NCBI GenBank assembly: GCA_016871575.1
Contig: VHCW01000016.1
Span: forward strand, 133 to 64,132
DNA from: Verrucomicrobiota bacterium
GTDB taxonomy: Bacteria; Verrucomicrobiota; Verrucomicrobiia; Palsa-1439
Direction: 5' to 3'
Length of the DNA: 64,000 bases
Shown: positions 9,394 through 17,847 of the stretch, piece after piece
How positions within the stretch are numbered: position 1 is the stretch's first letter
Layout: each line of letters starts with the position of its first letter
Notes under the pieces: generated by a model
Databases searched by the model: none
What the model was told of the DNA's origin: nothing
What the model saw: only the letters and a program-made list of their open reading frames with translations
Position numbers and translations under genes: made by a program

Positions 9394-9412
9394 CGCCGCG
9401 CGAAGCGCGGCG
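9394..9412 (+). promoter_or_regulatory. GC-rich hairpin (CGCCGCGC-GAA-GCGCGGCG) 25 bp downstream of the VR; position matches the stem-loop required for DGR retrohoming in characterized systems
   Basis: 8-bp perfect stem read from sequence. A similar hairpin (GCCGCGCC-AACG-GGCGCGGC) occurs at 11163-11182 downstream of the TR. Confidence 0.5.
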
Positions 9413-9517
9413 CCGGCTGCAAAATTTATGAAAGCAACCACAAAGCGGGAGCAAGCTCCCGCACTCCATATTTGGAGTGCGGCGACTCGTCGCCGCTTTG
9501 CCGTTCTCTGACCGCAA

Positions 9518-9859
9518 ATGATGACCGCTCATCGTCCGCCAATCTATACGAAGTATTACGATCTACTGGGGTGGCTGCTGGATCGCACGGCGAAGTTTCC
9601 GAAGAACATGCGGTTCGGGCTGGTGCAGAAGATCGAAACCATCGCGTTGCGTCTGCTGGAGCAGTTCATCGAGGCGATTTACCGCAAAGACCGCGCCGCG
9701 CTCTACCTGCCGGTGAACCTCGACTTGGAAAAGCTGCGTGTCTTTCTGCGGCTGAGCCACGACCGCGGCGTCCTCAGCGCCGACCAACTGCGCTTTGCGA
9801 TTGGCGAGATTGATGAAATCGGTCGGATGTGGCACGGCTGGGTGAAACCAAAGCCGTGA
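9518..9859 (+). CDS. avd: DGR accessory variability determinant (Avd; four-helix-bundle / 23S rRNA IVS protein family)
   Basis: 113 aa, basic, helical. YTKYYDLLGWLLDRTAKFPKNMRFGLVQKIETIALRLLEQFIEA parallels the Bordetella phage bAvd pattern. Sits immediately upstream of the RT and overlaps it. Confidence 0.8.
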   Translation: MMTAHRPPIYTKYYDLLGWLLDRTAKFPKNMRFGLVQKIETIALRLLEQFIEAIYRKDRAALYLPVNLDLEKLRVFLRLSHDRGVLSADQLRFAIGEIDEIGRMWHGWVKPKP

Positions 9860-10908
9860 AACGCTTCGGCAACCTCTACGATGCGATTTGCTCTTGGGAT
9901 AACTTGGAACTGGCCGCCCGCCGCGCCCGGAAACGGAAACGTTACCGGTGGTACGCTGAGGACTTCGAGTTGCGCCGCGAGTCGGTGCTGCGCGAGATTT
10001 ACAACGAACTGATTGAGCAACGCTGGCAACCCGCGCCCTACGAAACCTTCCGCATCTACGATCCGAAGGAGCGCCTGATCTGCGCCGCGCCGTACCGCGA
10101 CCGTATCGTTCATCACGCTGTCTGCAACATCGTTGCACCGCTCTTGGAACGCAGTTTCATCGCCCACAGTTACGCCTGTCGCCTCGGCAAAGGCACGGGC
10201 GCGGCGCGGGCGCACTGCCGGCAGTTGGTGAAACAGTACCCATACGCGCTGAAAGCGGACGTGACGAAATACTTCGCCTCGATTGACCACGCGCTCTTGA
10301 AAACGAAGCTGCGCCGCCATCTCAAGTGCGCGCCGACGCTGGCGTTGCTCGACCGCATCATTGATTCGTGGCAAACGACCGACGAACCGCCCGCGTGGTT
10401 TGCGGGCGACGATCTATTGACGCCGCTGGCGCGTCCGCGCGGCCTGCCGATTGGCGCGTTGACGAGCCAGTTGTTCGCCAACCTGTATCTGAGCCGTATT
10501 GATCATCTCGTCGAGGAACAACTCCAACCCGGTGGCTACGCGCGGTACACGGATGACTTGGTGCTGTTCGCCGACTCGAAGCGGTTCCTATGGGATGCGC
10601 TCGACCGGCTCCGGGCGGAGTTCGCAGCGGAACGGTTGCAAGCGCATCCGGTCAAGTGTCAGGTGCTGGCCTGTCGGGACGGTGTGCCGTTCCTCGGCTT
10701 CCGGTTCGGCCCGGATTGGACGCGCGTGTTGCCGGAGAACGTGCGCCGTTTCCACCGCCGGATGGCAGCGTTGCGGCGTGCGGTTCGGGCGGAACGAAGA
10801 CGGTTGGCTGAGGCGTGGCCGACGATGTTCAGGTGGTTTCAGTTCGTCCGCGAACAACCCGGCAACGACGGACTGGTGCTGGCCGAATGCCAGCGCCAAG
10901 TGTTTTGA
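9856..10908 (+). CDS. DGR reverse transcriptase
   Basis: RT motifs including the DGR-specific LPIGALTSQ ([I/L]GxxxSQ replacing the QGxxxSP of group II/retron RTs) and YTDDLV (YxDD). N-terminus KRFGNLYDAICSWDNL resembles bRT. Start proposed at GTG 9856 overlapping the avd stop (GTGA); the six-frame ORF opens at 9829. Confidence 0.88.
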   Translation: MKRFGNLYDAICSWDNLELAARRARKRKRYRWYAEDFELRRESVLREIYNELIEQRWQPAPYETFRIYDPKERLICAAPYRDRIVHHAVCNIVAPLLERSFIAHSYACRLGKGTGAARAHCRQLVKQYPYALKADVTKYFASIDHALLKTKLRRHLKCAPTLALLDRIIDSWQTTDEPPAWFAGDDLLTPLARPRGLPIGALTSQLFANLYLSRIDHLVEEQLQPGGYARYTDDLVLFADSKRFLWDALDRLRAEFAAERLQAHPVKCQVLACRDGVPFLGFRFGPDWTRVLPENVRRFHRRMAALRRAVRAERRRLAEAWPTMFRWFQFVREQPGNDGLVLAECQRQVF

Positions 10909-10937
10909 GATCGAGACGTAAGGGGGCTGGCCCGCGA

Positions 10938-11080
10938 CCGGGTCGAACCGTGTGTTGCGCGGCGGTTCATGGAACAACAATGCCACGAATTGCCGGTCGG
11001 CAAACCGGAACAACAACAACCCGTCGAATCGCAACAACAACTACGGGTTGCGGGTTGTGGTGGTCGTGCGCTGAGCGCTT
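10938..11080 (+). repeat. DGR template repeat (TR), 143 bp, 30 bp downstream of the RT stop
   Basis: Contains 12 AAC/AAT codons in the VR reading frame (e.g. aac-aac-aat, aac-cgg-aac-aac-aac-aac, aac-aac-aac-tac) that are the mismatched sites. Confidence 0.85.
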
Positions 11081-11249
11081 TCCTTCCGGAGGAGAGATTG
11101 GCCGCGTTCATCAGGACGCGGTCACCGTTCCAATGGAAAGCCCAGGGCCGGTCTCCCGCGCCGCCGCGCCAACGGGCGCGGCGAGCCAAACACGCGGCAC
11201 CGGGGCGGGGCTGGTAGCCAGACCAACAGGCGAAAGCCCCGCTCCGTTG

Positions 11250-11304
11250 TGAGACTTAGACTGTGAGACTTAGACTTGCGATGATTGTCGAGGAAGGGTA
11301 GAAT
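11250..11304 (+). promoter_or_regulatory. Putative vapBC promoter/operator: tandem direct repeat TGAGACTTAGACT x2 abutting -35 TTGCGA, 17-nt spacer, -10 TAGAAT
   Basis: Read directly: 11250-11276 repeats, 11276-11281 TTGCGA, 11299-11304 TAGAAT, RBS GAAGGTG at 11311-11317. Confidence 0.4.
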
Positions 11305-11322
11305 GACCACGAAGGTGAAACT

Positions 11323-11538
11323 ATGACGTATCGCGGTCACGTGAAATCTGGTCAGGTGGTATTGGATGAACCGACGCGGTTGCCGGAAGGCGCCGAGGTG
11401 TCGGTCGAGGTGGCTTCGTCGGCCGGGGTGTCATCCTTGGGGCAAACACTGCTCCAGTACGCCGGTCAGGCGCGGGATTTGCCTGCCGATGCCGCTCGCA
11501 ACCACGATCACTACTTGTACGGGACACCGCGCCAATGA
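11323..11538 (+). CDS. vapB: Type II antitoxin (VapB-like, AbrB/SpoVT-type small DNA-binding protein)
   Basis: 71 aa. Stop overlaps the start of the downstream PIN-domain gene (ATGA at 11535). Confidence 0.6.
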   Translation: MTYRGHVKSGQVVLDEPTRLPEGAEVSVEVASSAGVSSLGQTLLQYAGQARDLPADAARNHDHYLYGTPRQ

Positions 11539-11936
11539 GCCGGGTGTTTGCCGACACGTCGTACTATTTGGCGCTGCTCAATTCCCGCGATGAGTTCCAT
11601 TCCATTGCTTGCCAACAAACCGGTGCCTTGAACGGTCGGATTGTGACCACCGCTTGGGTAATCACGGAACTGGGCAACTTCATGGCGAAGGGAGCCAATC
11701 GCCGTTTGTTTCTGGCATTGTTGGCCGCGCTGCGCGACGATGATCGCGTGACCATTGTGCCGCCCACGACTGAACTGTTGGAGGATGCGCTGGCGCTGTA
11801 CGCTCGCCGCGCGGATAAGGATTGGTCGGTCACGGATTGTGTTTCGTTTGTGGTGATGGAGGAACACGGGTTGAAGGAAGCTCTCACTGCCGATCATCAC
11901 TTTGCACAAGCGGGTTTTCACACGTTGCTTCTCTGA
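11535..11936 (+). CDS. vapC: PIN-domain toxin, VapC family
   Basis: N-terminal FADTSYYLALLNSRDEFH (PIN acidic residue), later acidic residues; ~133 aa, typical VapC size. Confidence 0.8.
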   Translation: MSRVFADTSYYLALLNSRDEFHSIACQQTGALNGRIVTTAWVITELGNFMAKGANRRLFLALLAALRDDDRVTIVPPTTELLEDALALYARRADKDWSVTDCVSFVVMEEHGLKEALTADHHFAQAGFHTLLL

Positions 11937-12043
11937 GAACGTTTCCGGACACGCTCTGAGATCACCCTGTCGGCATCGCCCGTTCCCTTCCTGTCGGTTG
12001 CAGCGTCTGTTCTCTTGCGCTCGCCGCGGCGCGCTGGTAATGT

Positions 12044-12454
12044 TTGGACATGCCACGACGCGCCAGTTCGAAACTTCATCCTTCATGGTTTATCGCCGTC
12101 GCCTTGCTGGCGGCGGCAGCCATTGCCGGTGGGTACTTTCTGATGTCGAAGGTCAACGACCCGTACCGCACGATCAACGCGCTCGACGTGCTGACCTACC
12201 TCGAAAACGCCAACAGCCTTCGCGGGAACATCTACCGCGTCAACGGCACCGTCTGGAACTCGCTCGGCTGGTCCCCGTCCGTGGGACGCCTCTTCGCCGT
12301 CGAGGCCGGCGCCGGCAAACCGGGCGACCTGGTGCCGTTGCTCGTGCCGTCGGCGCTCAACCACGTCAATCTGCAGAAGGGCCAGCGGTTCGTCTTCGAG
12401 GTCGAAGTCGTCGAAGGCGGCGTCCTGCAGGTCAAGAGCCTGCGCAAGGAGTGA
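12044..12454 (+). CDS. Hypothetical membrane-anchored protein
   Basis: N-terminal TM helix WFIAVALLAAAAIAGGYFL; high GC3; 2-nt gap to the next gene. Confidence 0.5.
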   Translation: MDMPRRASSKLHPSWFIAVALLAAAAIAGGYFLMSKVNDPYRTINALDVLTYLENANSLRGNIYRVNGTVWNSLGWSPSVGRLFAVEAGAGKPGDLVPLLVPSALNHVNLQKGQRFVFEVEVVEGGVLQVKSLRKE

Positions 12455-12455
12455 C

Positions 12456-14303
12456 ATGATGAAACGTTTCCTGTGTTGTCTGCTGGCGATAAGCGCGATG
12501 CCGGTGTTCGCGCAGAAACCCGACGAGCCGGCGAGGGGCGGGGCGACGAGCACCACCATCATCACGCCGCCGAAGTCGCCCAGCACCGCGCCGAGCGTGC
12601 CGCTGGGCGAGGAAGTGCCGATGTACGATCCCGGCTCGGAAGTGATTTCGTGGGGCGGCAAACACTGGAACATTGCGAATCAGCGCGTCTTTCAGGCGCG
12701 CTTCGAGAAGTACCTCAACGCCCCGGAGCAAACGGACGCTGACAACGTCGAGTACCAAAAGACCATTCGCGAGATTCTCGATCTGCTTTCGCCGCGCACC
12801 GCGACCAACGTCAAGCTGTATCAGGCTTACGTGCTGTTGTTCCGGGCCGTCGTGCACGATGCTGATGGCGGCGTGTGCAATGCCATTGCCAATGCCGTCG
12901 CCACCGCGTGGCAGGCGCAGATGAACCAGAACCAATTGGCATTGACAGTGGGGGAGTTGAAGAAGGCCATGCAGGCCGAACAATCCAAGGCCATCATGTT
13001 CGCCGGACATCAGGAACAGCAGTCCTCCAAGCAGTCCGCCGGCAAGAAAGGTAGCAGCACCGTGCCGGCGCCCGTCGTTTCCCCGAACGAAATGCGACAG
13101 GGTTTCTACCTGAAAGAAGCGGCTGCGTTTGAGGCCCAGATGGCCGCGCTCACGGCCAAGCGGGAGGTTTCCGCGTTGCAGGCGCGCGTCCAGTTTCAGG
13201 CGTTGATGCTCCAGCTTTTCCTCCAGCGCCGGTTTCAGCATGTCGTGATGTCCTGCCACATGTACCGCCAACTTTTCAACGAGGGCGATTCCTCCATCAA
13301 AGTCGAGGGACAGACCAAGGAATTCTTTACCAAGGACCTTGGGATGCCGCCGACGGTCAGCACGTTGTTGTCATTGGCCAGTGAAGCGATGCGGGATGTC
13401 CGTGAAGGCGTTCAGGCTTATCTTTTCCTGTCCGACCGCAACGAAATGGACAGCGCCACGAAGCGCCTCAGCGAGTCGTTCCTTGTGGGCGAATACATGC
13501 CGGAAATACGGACGCTGTCGCGCGACAAGAAGCGGCTCGCGTTGACCTACAGCCAGAAAGCCAACCGGCTCGTGAGCGCGCTCAGCGTCAAGGATTACAC
13601 CCAGGCCGAACAACTGATCAAGGAAATGGAAGCCATGGCCAAGGACTTTGACTCGACCAAGCCGCGCGCCGCCGTCGAGACGGCCAAGACCGTCAGCGCC
13701 ATGCACCTTGCGAAGGCCCGCAACGCGGCCATTGCCGGCAAATCGCAGGCCGTCGAGGACGAACTCAAGCAGGCCGCCGCCGTCTGGCCGCGCAATCCGT
13801 CACTCCTGGAAATGTCCGGCGCCATCTTCGGCCAGAGCGACCTCCAGCAAAAAGCCGTTGCCGATTTCGAACAGCTTCTCAGCCAGGGCAATCTCCGTCA
13901 GATATTCAACGACAAGCTCCGGTTCATTGCCGCGATGGCCAGCAATCCTGACGGACAGGAGAAATTGAAGAAGGTCCTCGAAGACATGCAGACCATCGAG
14001 GCCGCGGTTGCCCGCGCCCAGGAATTTGCCCGCCGCGGCGATCCCGCCGGCGCGTGGGAATCCGTCGAGCGCGCCGCAAAGCAGTTTCCCGACGATGTGA
14101 AGTTGAACCAGCTTCGCGGCAACTACAGCAGCGAGGCCGCCAGTTTCGTCGAAAGCCTGCGCACCGCGCAACGATTGGAGACGCAAGGCCAAACCGGCTC
14201 CGGCCTGGCATGGTATCTCAAGGCGCAGCGCCACTATCCGCTCAGCGATTTTGCCAAGGAAGGCATCGAGCGGCTTGCCAGAAAAATCCTGCCCTCGTCC
14301 TGA
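12456..14303 (+). CDS. Hypothetical exported protein (615 aa; signal peptide, Pro/Ser-rich linker, Ala/Gln/Lys-rich helical repeats)
   Basis: Signal MMKRFLCCLLAISAMPVFA. No recognizable catalytic motif. Confidence 0.6.
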   Translation: MMKRFLCCLLAISAMPVFAQKPDEPARGGATSTTIITPPKSPSTAPSVPLGEEVPMYDPGSEVISWGGKHWNIANQRVFQARFEKYLNAPEQTDADNVEYQKTIREILDLLSPRTATNVKLYQAYVLLFRAVVHDADGGVCNAIANAVATAWQAQMNQNQLALTVGELKKAMQAEQSKAIMFAGHQEQQSSKQSAGKKGSSTVPAPVVSPNEMRQGFYLKEAAAFEAQMAALTAKREVSALQARVQFQALMLQLFLQRRFQHVVMSCHMYRQLFNEGDSSIKVEGQTKEFFTKDLGMPPTVSTLLSLASEAMRDVREGVQAYLFLSDRNEMDSATKRLSESFLVGEYMPEIRTLSRDKKRLALTYSQKANRLVSALSVKDYTQAEQLIKEMEAMAKDFDSTKPRAAVETAKTVSAMHLAKARNAAIAGKSQAVEDELKQAAAVWPRNPSLLEMSGAIFGQSDLQQKAVADFEQLLSQGNLRQIFNDKLRFIAAMASNPDGQEKLKKVLEDMQTIEAAVARAQEFARRGDPAGAWESVERAAKQFPDDVKLNQLRGNYSSEAASFVESLRTAQRLETQGQTGSGLAWYLKAQRHYPLSDFAKEGIERLARKILPSS

Positions 14304-14327
14304 AGAAACGGGAATTGATTGCAGGAG

Positions 14328-14404
14328 TGGTGGGCGCGACAGGACTTGAACCTGTGACCTCGCGGGTGTGATCCGCGCGTTCTAGCCAACTGAACTACGC
14401 GCCC
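14328..14404 (-). tRNA. tRNA-Val (anticodon CAC), with encoded CCA
   Basis: Reverse complement folds as GGGCGCG-TA-GTTC-AGTTGGCTA-GAAC-G-CGCGG-ATCACAC-CCGCG-AGGTC-ACAGG-TTCAAGT-CCTGT-CGCGCCC-A-CCA. All four stems pair perfectly; T-loop TTCAAGT. Confidence 0.9.
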
Positions 14405-14446
14405 AATGAAAAAGGCGGCGCACCATACCAACACCCCTGAAAGAAT

Positions 14447-16042
14447 TCAAGCTTTCCGCAACACTGTGTCGTAAGCCGCCGGCAGGGCGTGCGGATAGTC
14501 CAACGTGCAGTGCAGGCCGCGCGACTCGCGCCGCAAGAGAGCGCTTTCAATGATCAGTTCCGCCACGAGCGCCAGGTTGCGCAGTTCGATCAGGTCGGGT
14601 GTGACTTTGTAATTCCAGTAGAACTGATTGATCTCACGCTGAAGGTTTTGAATGCGGGCGCGCGCGCGCAAGAGACGCTTGTCGGTCCGCACAATGCCGA
14701 CGTAATCCCACATCAGGCGGCGAATTTCATCCCAGTTGTGCGTGACAACGACCAGTTCGTCGGGGTCGCCGGTGTTGCCGCTTTGCCAAGAGGGTAGGTG
14801 GTAGGAGGCAGGTGGCAGGTCGGGTGGGGAGGATGTCAGTTTCTTTGCGGCGCGTTCGGCGACGACGACGGCCTCCAATAATGAATTACTGGCAAGCCGG
14901 TTGGCGCCGTGCAGGCCGGTGCAGGCGACTTCGCCGGCGGCGAGCAGGCCGGTAATGTCGGTTTCGCCGTCCACGTTCGTCACAACGCCGCCGCATTGGT
15001 AGTGCGCAGCGGGCACAATCGGCAGCGGCGTCTTCGTCATGTCGAAGCCGAACTCCAGGCATTTCGCGTGGATGTTGGGGAAACGTTTTTGGACGAAGCC
15101 GGCATCCTTGTGGGTGATGTCCAAAAAGGCCGAGTCGGCGCCGGTGCGTTTCATCTCGGCGTCAATGGCGCGCGCCACGATGTCGCGCGGCGCGAGGTCG
15201 GCCATCGGGTGATGCTTCTTCATGAACGGCTGGCCGTCCTTGCCGAGCAGGACGGCGCCTTCGCCGCGGACCGCCTCGCTGATGAGAAATGATTTCGCCT
15301 TCGGATGATAGAGGCAGGTCGGATGAAACTGGATGAACTCCATGTTCGCCACGCTGGCCCCGGCGCGGTAGGCCATGGCCACGCCGTCGCCGCTGGCGAT
15401 GTCGGGGTTGCTCGTGTAGAGATAGACCTTGCCGGAACCGCCGGTGGCCAGCAACGTCACGCGCGCCGCGAACACGCTGACTTCGCCGCTGAATTCGTCG
15501 AGGACGTAGGCGCCGAGGCAGCGGTTTGGGCCGGGCTGGCGGAGTTTGCGCGTGGTGATGAGGTCAATGGCCAGCAGGTTCTCGAAGATGGCGATGTTCT
15601 TTTCGGCGGCGGCGGCGGCCAGCAGGGCGCGCTCGATCTCACGGCCGGTGATGTCGCCGGCGTGCAGGACGCGGCGCTTGGTGTGGCCGCCCTCCTTGCC
15701 GAGGTCGTATTCGCCGCGCGCGTTCTCGCGCTCGCTGAAGCGCACGCCAATCTCCGCGAGGTCGCGCACGATCGCCGGGCCTTCGCTGACGATGGCGCGG
15801 ACGACATCCTCCTTGCACAAACCAGCTCCCGCGTTGAGCGTGTCCTGGATGTGGGACTCGAAACTGTCTTCCGCCGAGGTGACGGCCGCGATGCCGCCCT
15901 GCGCGTAATTGGTGTTGGACTCGGCGCTTTTCTTCTTCGTGATGATGGCGACGTTTCCCGCGCGGGCTGCCTTCAAGGCGAAAGACAACCCGGCGATTCC
16001 GCTGCCGATCACGAGGAAATCGTAGTTATGTTGTTGGCTCAT
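14447..16042 (-). CDS. nadB: L-aspartate oxidase
   Basis: FAD-binding [12 protein letters not shown]; succinate-dehydrogenase/fumarate-reductase flavoprotein family with NadB-like length (~530 aa). Confidence 0.88.
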   Translation of the reverse strand: MSQQHNYDFLVIGSGIAGLSFALKAARAGNVAIITKKKSAESNTNYAQGGIAAVTSAEDSFESHIQDTLNAGAGLCKEDVVRAIVSEGPAIVRDLAEIGVRFSERENARGEYDLGKEGGHTKRRVLHAGDITGREIERALLAAAAAEKNIAIFENLLAIDLITTRKLRQPGPNRCLGAYVLDEFSGEVSVFAARVTLLATGGSGKVYLYTSNPDIASGDGVAMAYRAGASVANMEFIQFHPTCLYHPKAKSFLISEAVRGEGAVLLGKDGQPFMKKHHPMADLAPRDIVARAIDAEMKRTGADSAFLDITHKDAGFVQKRFPNIHAKCLEFGFDMTKTPLPIVPAAHYQCGGVVTNVDGETDITGLLAAGEVACTGLHGANRLASNSLLEAVVVAERAAKKLTSSPPDLPPASYHLPSWQSGNTGDPDELVVVTHNWDEIRRLMWDYVGIVRTDKRLLRARARIQNLQREINQFYWNYKVTPDLIELRNLALVAELIIESALLRRESRGLHCTLDYPHALPAAYDTVLRKA

Positions 16043-16073
16043 ACCTGGGCCGGCATGGTACAATAAAGCCGCC

Positions 16074-16994
16074 ATGAAAGCCATTCGTGTTTCTCAATTC
16101 GGCGGGCCGGACGTTTTGAGGCTCGAAACGATGCCCGATCCCGTCCCATCCGCGGGCCAACTGCTCGTGCGCGTTCACGCCGCCGGTGTCAATCCGGTGG
16201 ACACCTACATTCGCAGCGGCGCGTATGCGAACTTGCCGGAGTTGCCCTACACGCCGGGGATGGAGGCGGCAGGAGTCATCGAGTCCACCGGCCAGCGCGT
16301 GTTCCTCAGCGGCACGCTGACCGGTGCTTATGCAGAAGTCGCGTTGTGCGCGGCGCATCAGGTTCATCCGCTGCCCGACCACCTTGGTTTCACACAAGGC
16401 GCTGCGATTTACGCGGCGTATGCGACGGCGTATCGCGCCTTGTTTCAGCGGGCGCGCGCAAGGGCAGGGGAGATGGTTTTGATTCACGGCGCGAGCGGGG
16501 GCGTCGGCATCGCGGCGGTGCAACTGGCGATTGCCGCCGGGATGCGCGTCATTGGCACGGCAGGCAGCGAACGCGGAATGCAACTGGTTCGCGATCAAGG
16601 CGCGCACGAAGTCCGTGACCACCGGGCATCCGACCATCTCGACGGCGTGAGCGCGGATGTGATTGTGGAAATGCTGGCGAACGTGAACCTTGGCCGCGAT
16701 CTCCGGGCGCTGGCGCGCGGCGGTCGTGTGGTGGTGGTCGGCAGCCGTGGCAACGTCGAGATCACTCCGCGCGACCTGATGCAACGCGATGGCGTTGTGT
16801 TGGGGGTGATGTTGGGCAACGCGACACGGGAGGAGATCGGGGCGATTCACAGTGCGCTGGCCGCCGGGCTGGCCGGCGGCTCGCTGCGGCCGGTGGTGGG
16901 ACGCGAGTTTCCTTTGGCGGACGCGGCGAAGGCACATGAAGCGGTGATGAGTCCGGGCGCGCACGGAAAGATTGTCTTGGTTCTCAGAGAATGA
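16074..16994 (+). CDS. qor: NADPH:quinone oxidoreductase (zeta-crystallin / MDR family)
   Basis: [15 protein letters not shown]..., GASGGVG nucleotide-binding motif. Confidence 0.8.
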   Translation: MKAIRVSQFGGPDVLRLETMPDPVPSAGQLLVRVHAAGVNPVDTYIRSGAYANLPELPYTPGMEAAGVIESTGQRVFLSGTLTGAYAEVALCAAHQVHPLPDHLGFTQGAAIYAAYATAYRALFQRARARAGEMVLIHGASGGVGIAAVQLAIAAGMRVIGTAGSERGMQLVRDQGAHEVRDHRASDHLDGVSADVIVEMLANVNLGRDLRALARGGRVVVVGSRGNVEITPRDLMQRDGVVLGVMLGNATREEIGAIHSALAAGLAGGSLRPVVGREFPLADAAKAHEAVMSPGAHGKIVLVLRE

Positions 16995-17823
16995 CGTTGT
17001 CAATCAGCCGTGTCGCGCCGAGAGACGCGGCGATCAACGCGACATCGCCGGGGCGCACACGTGAAATCCGCTCCAACGTTTGGCCGTCCACCACTTCGGC
17101 GTAATCGAGTCGCACTTCGGGGACGCCTGCCACCACGTCCTTGATCAGCGCTTCCAATTGCAATGGATCGGTCTCGCCTGATTCGCTCGCGGCACGCAAC
17201 GCCCGCGACAATACGGTGGCCTTCGCGCGTTCCACCGGTGCAAGATAGCGGTTGCGGCTGCTCATCGCGAGGCCGTCAGCCTCGCACACTGTCGGCACAG
17301 GCACGATCTCGATGGGGTAGCGCAGGTCGCGGACCATTCGTTCGATGACCTTGAGTTGCTGGTAATCTTTTTGCCCGAAGAACGCGGTATCGGGCTGAAC
17401 GATGTTGAACAGCTTGGCAACGACCGTGCAGACGCCGCGAAAATGTCCGGGGCGGCGTTCGCCTTCGAGCCGTTTGGCGACCTGCAACTCGTCCACCCAC
17501 GTCGAGACGGCTGCGAATCCGCTTGGGTACATTTCTTCGTCAGCGGGCGCGAACACCAGCGACACGCCGGCCTGCTCGCAGAGCGCGCAATCCGCGTCAA
17601 ACGTGCGCGGGTACTGGTTGAAATCCTCGCGCGGCCCGAACTGCGTCGGGTTGACGTAAACGCTCGTTATCACAGCCGCCCCGGATTCGTGGGCGCGCCG
17701 CATCAACGTGGCGTGTCCCTCGTGCAGCGCCCCCATTGTCGGCACAAACGCGACGCCCGCGCCTTTCTGCTTGAGTGCAGCAGAAGCGGTTGCCATTTCT
17801 CGAACTGATCGAATCACCTTCAC
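16984..17823 (-). CDS. panC: Pantoate--beta-alanine ligase
   Basis: PTMGALHEGH ... VNPTQFGP ... FGQKDYQQ motifs. Confidence 0.9.
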   Translation of the reverse strand: MKVIRSVREMATASAALKQKGAGVAFVPTMGALHEGHATLMRRAHESGAAVITSVYVNPTQFGPREDFNQYPRTFDADCALCEQAGVSLVFAPADEEMYPSGFAAVSTWVDELQVAKRLEGERRPGHFRGVCTVVAKLFNIVQPDTAFFGQKDYQQLKVIERMVRDLRYPIEIVPVPTVCEADGLAMSSRNRYLAPVERAKATVLSRALRAASESGETDPLQLEALIKDVVAGVPEVRLDYAEVVDGQTLERISRVRPGDVALIAASLGATRLIDNVIL

Positions 17824-17847
17824 AGGGGCAGTGTAGTGGCGAAGGTG

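Larger units (their letters stand above)
8560..11182 (+). mobile_element. Diversity-generating retroelement cassette: target(VR)-avd-RT-TR
   Basis: Co-oriented target, Avd, DGR-type RT, and a VR/TR pair with adenine-specific divergence. Confidence 0.8.
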
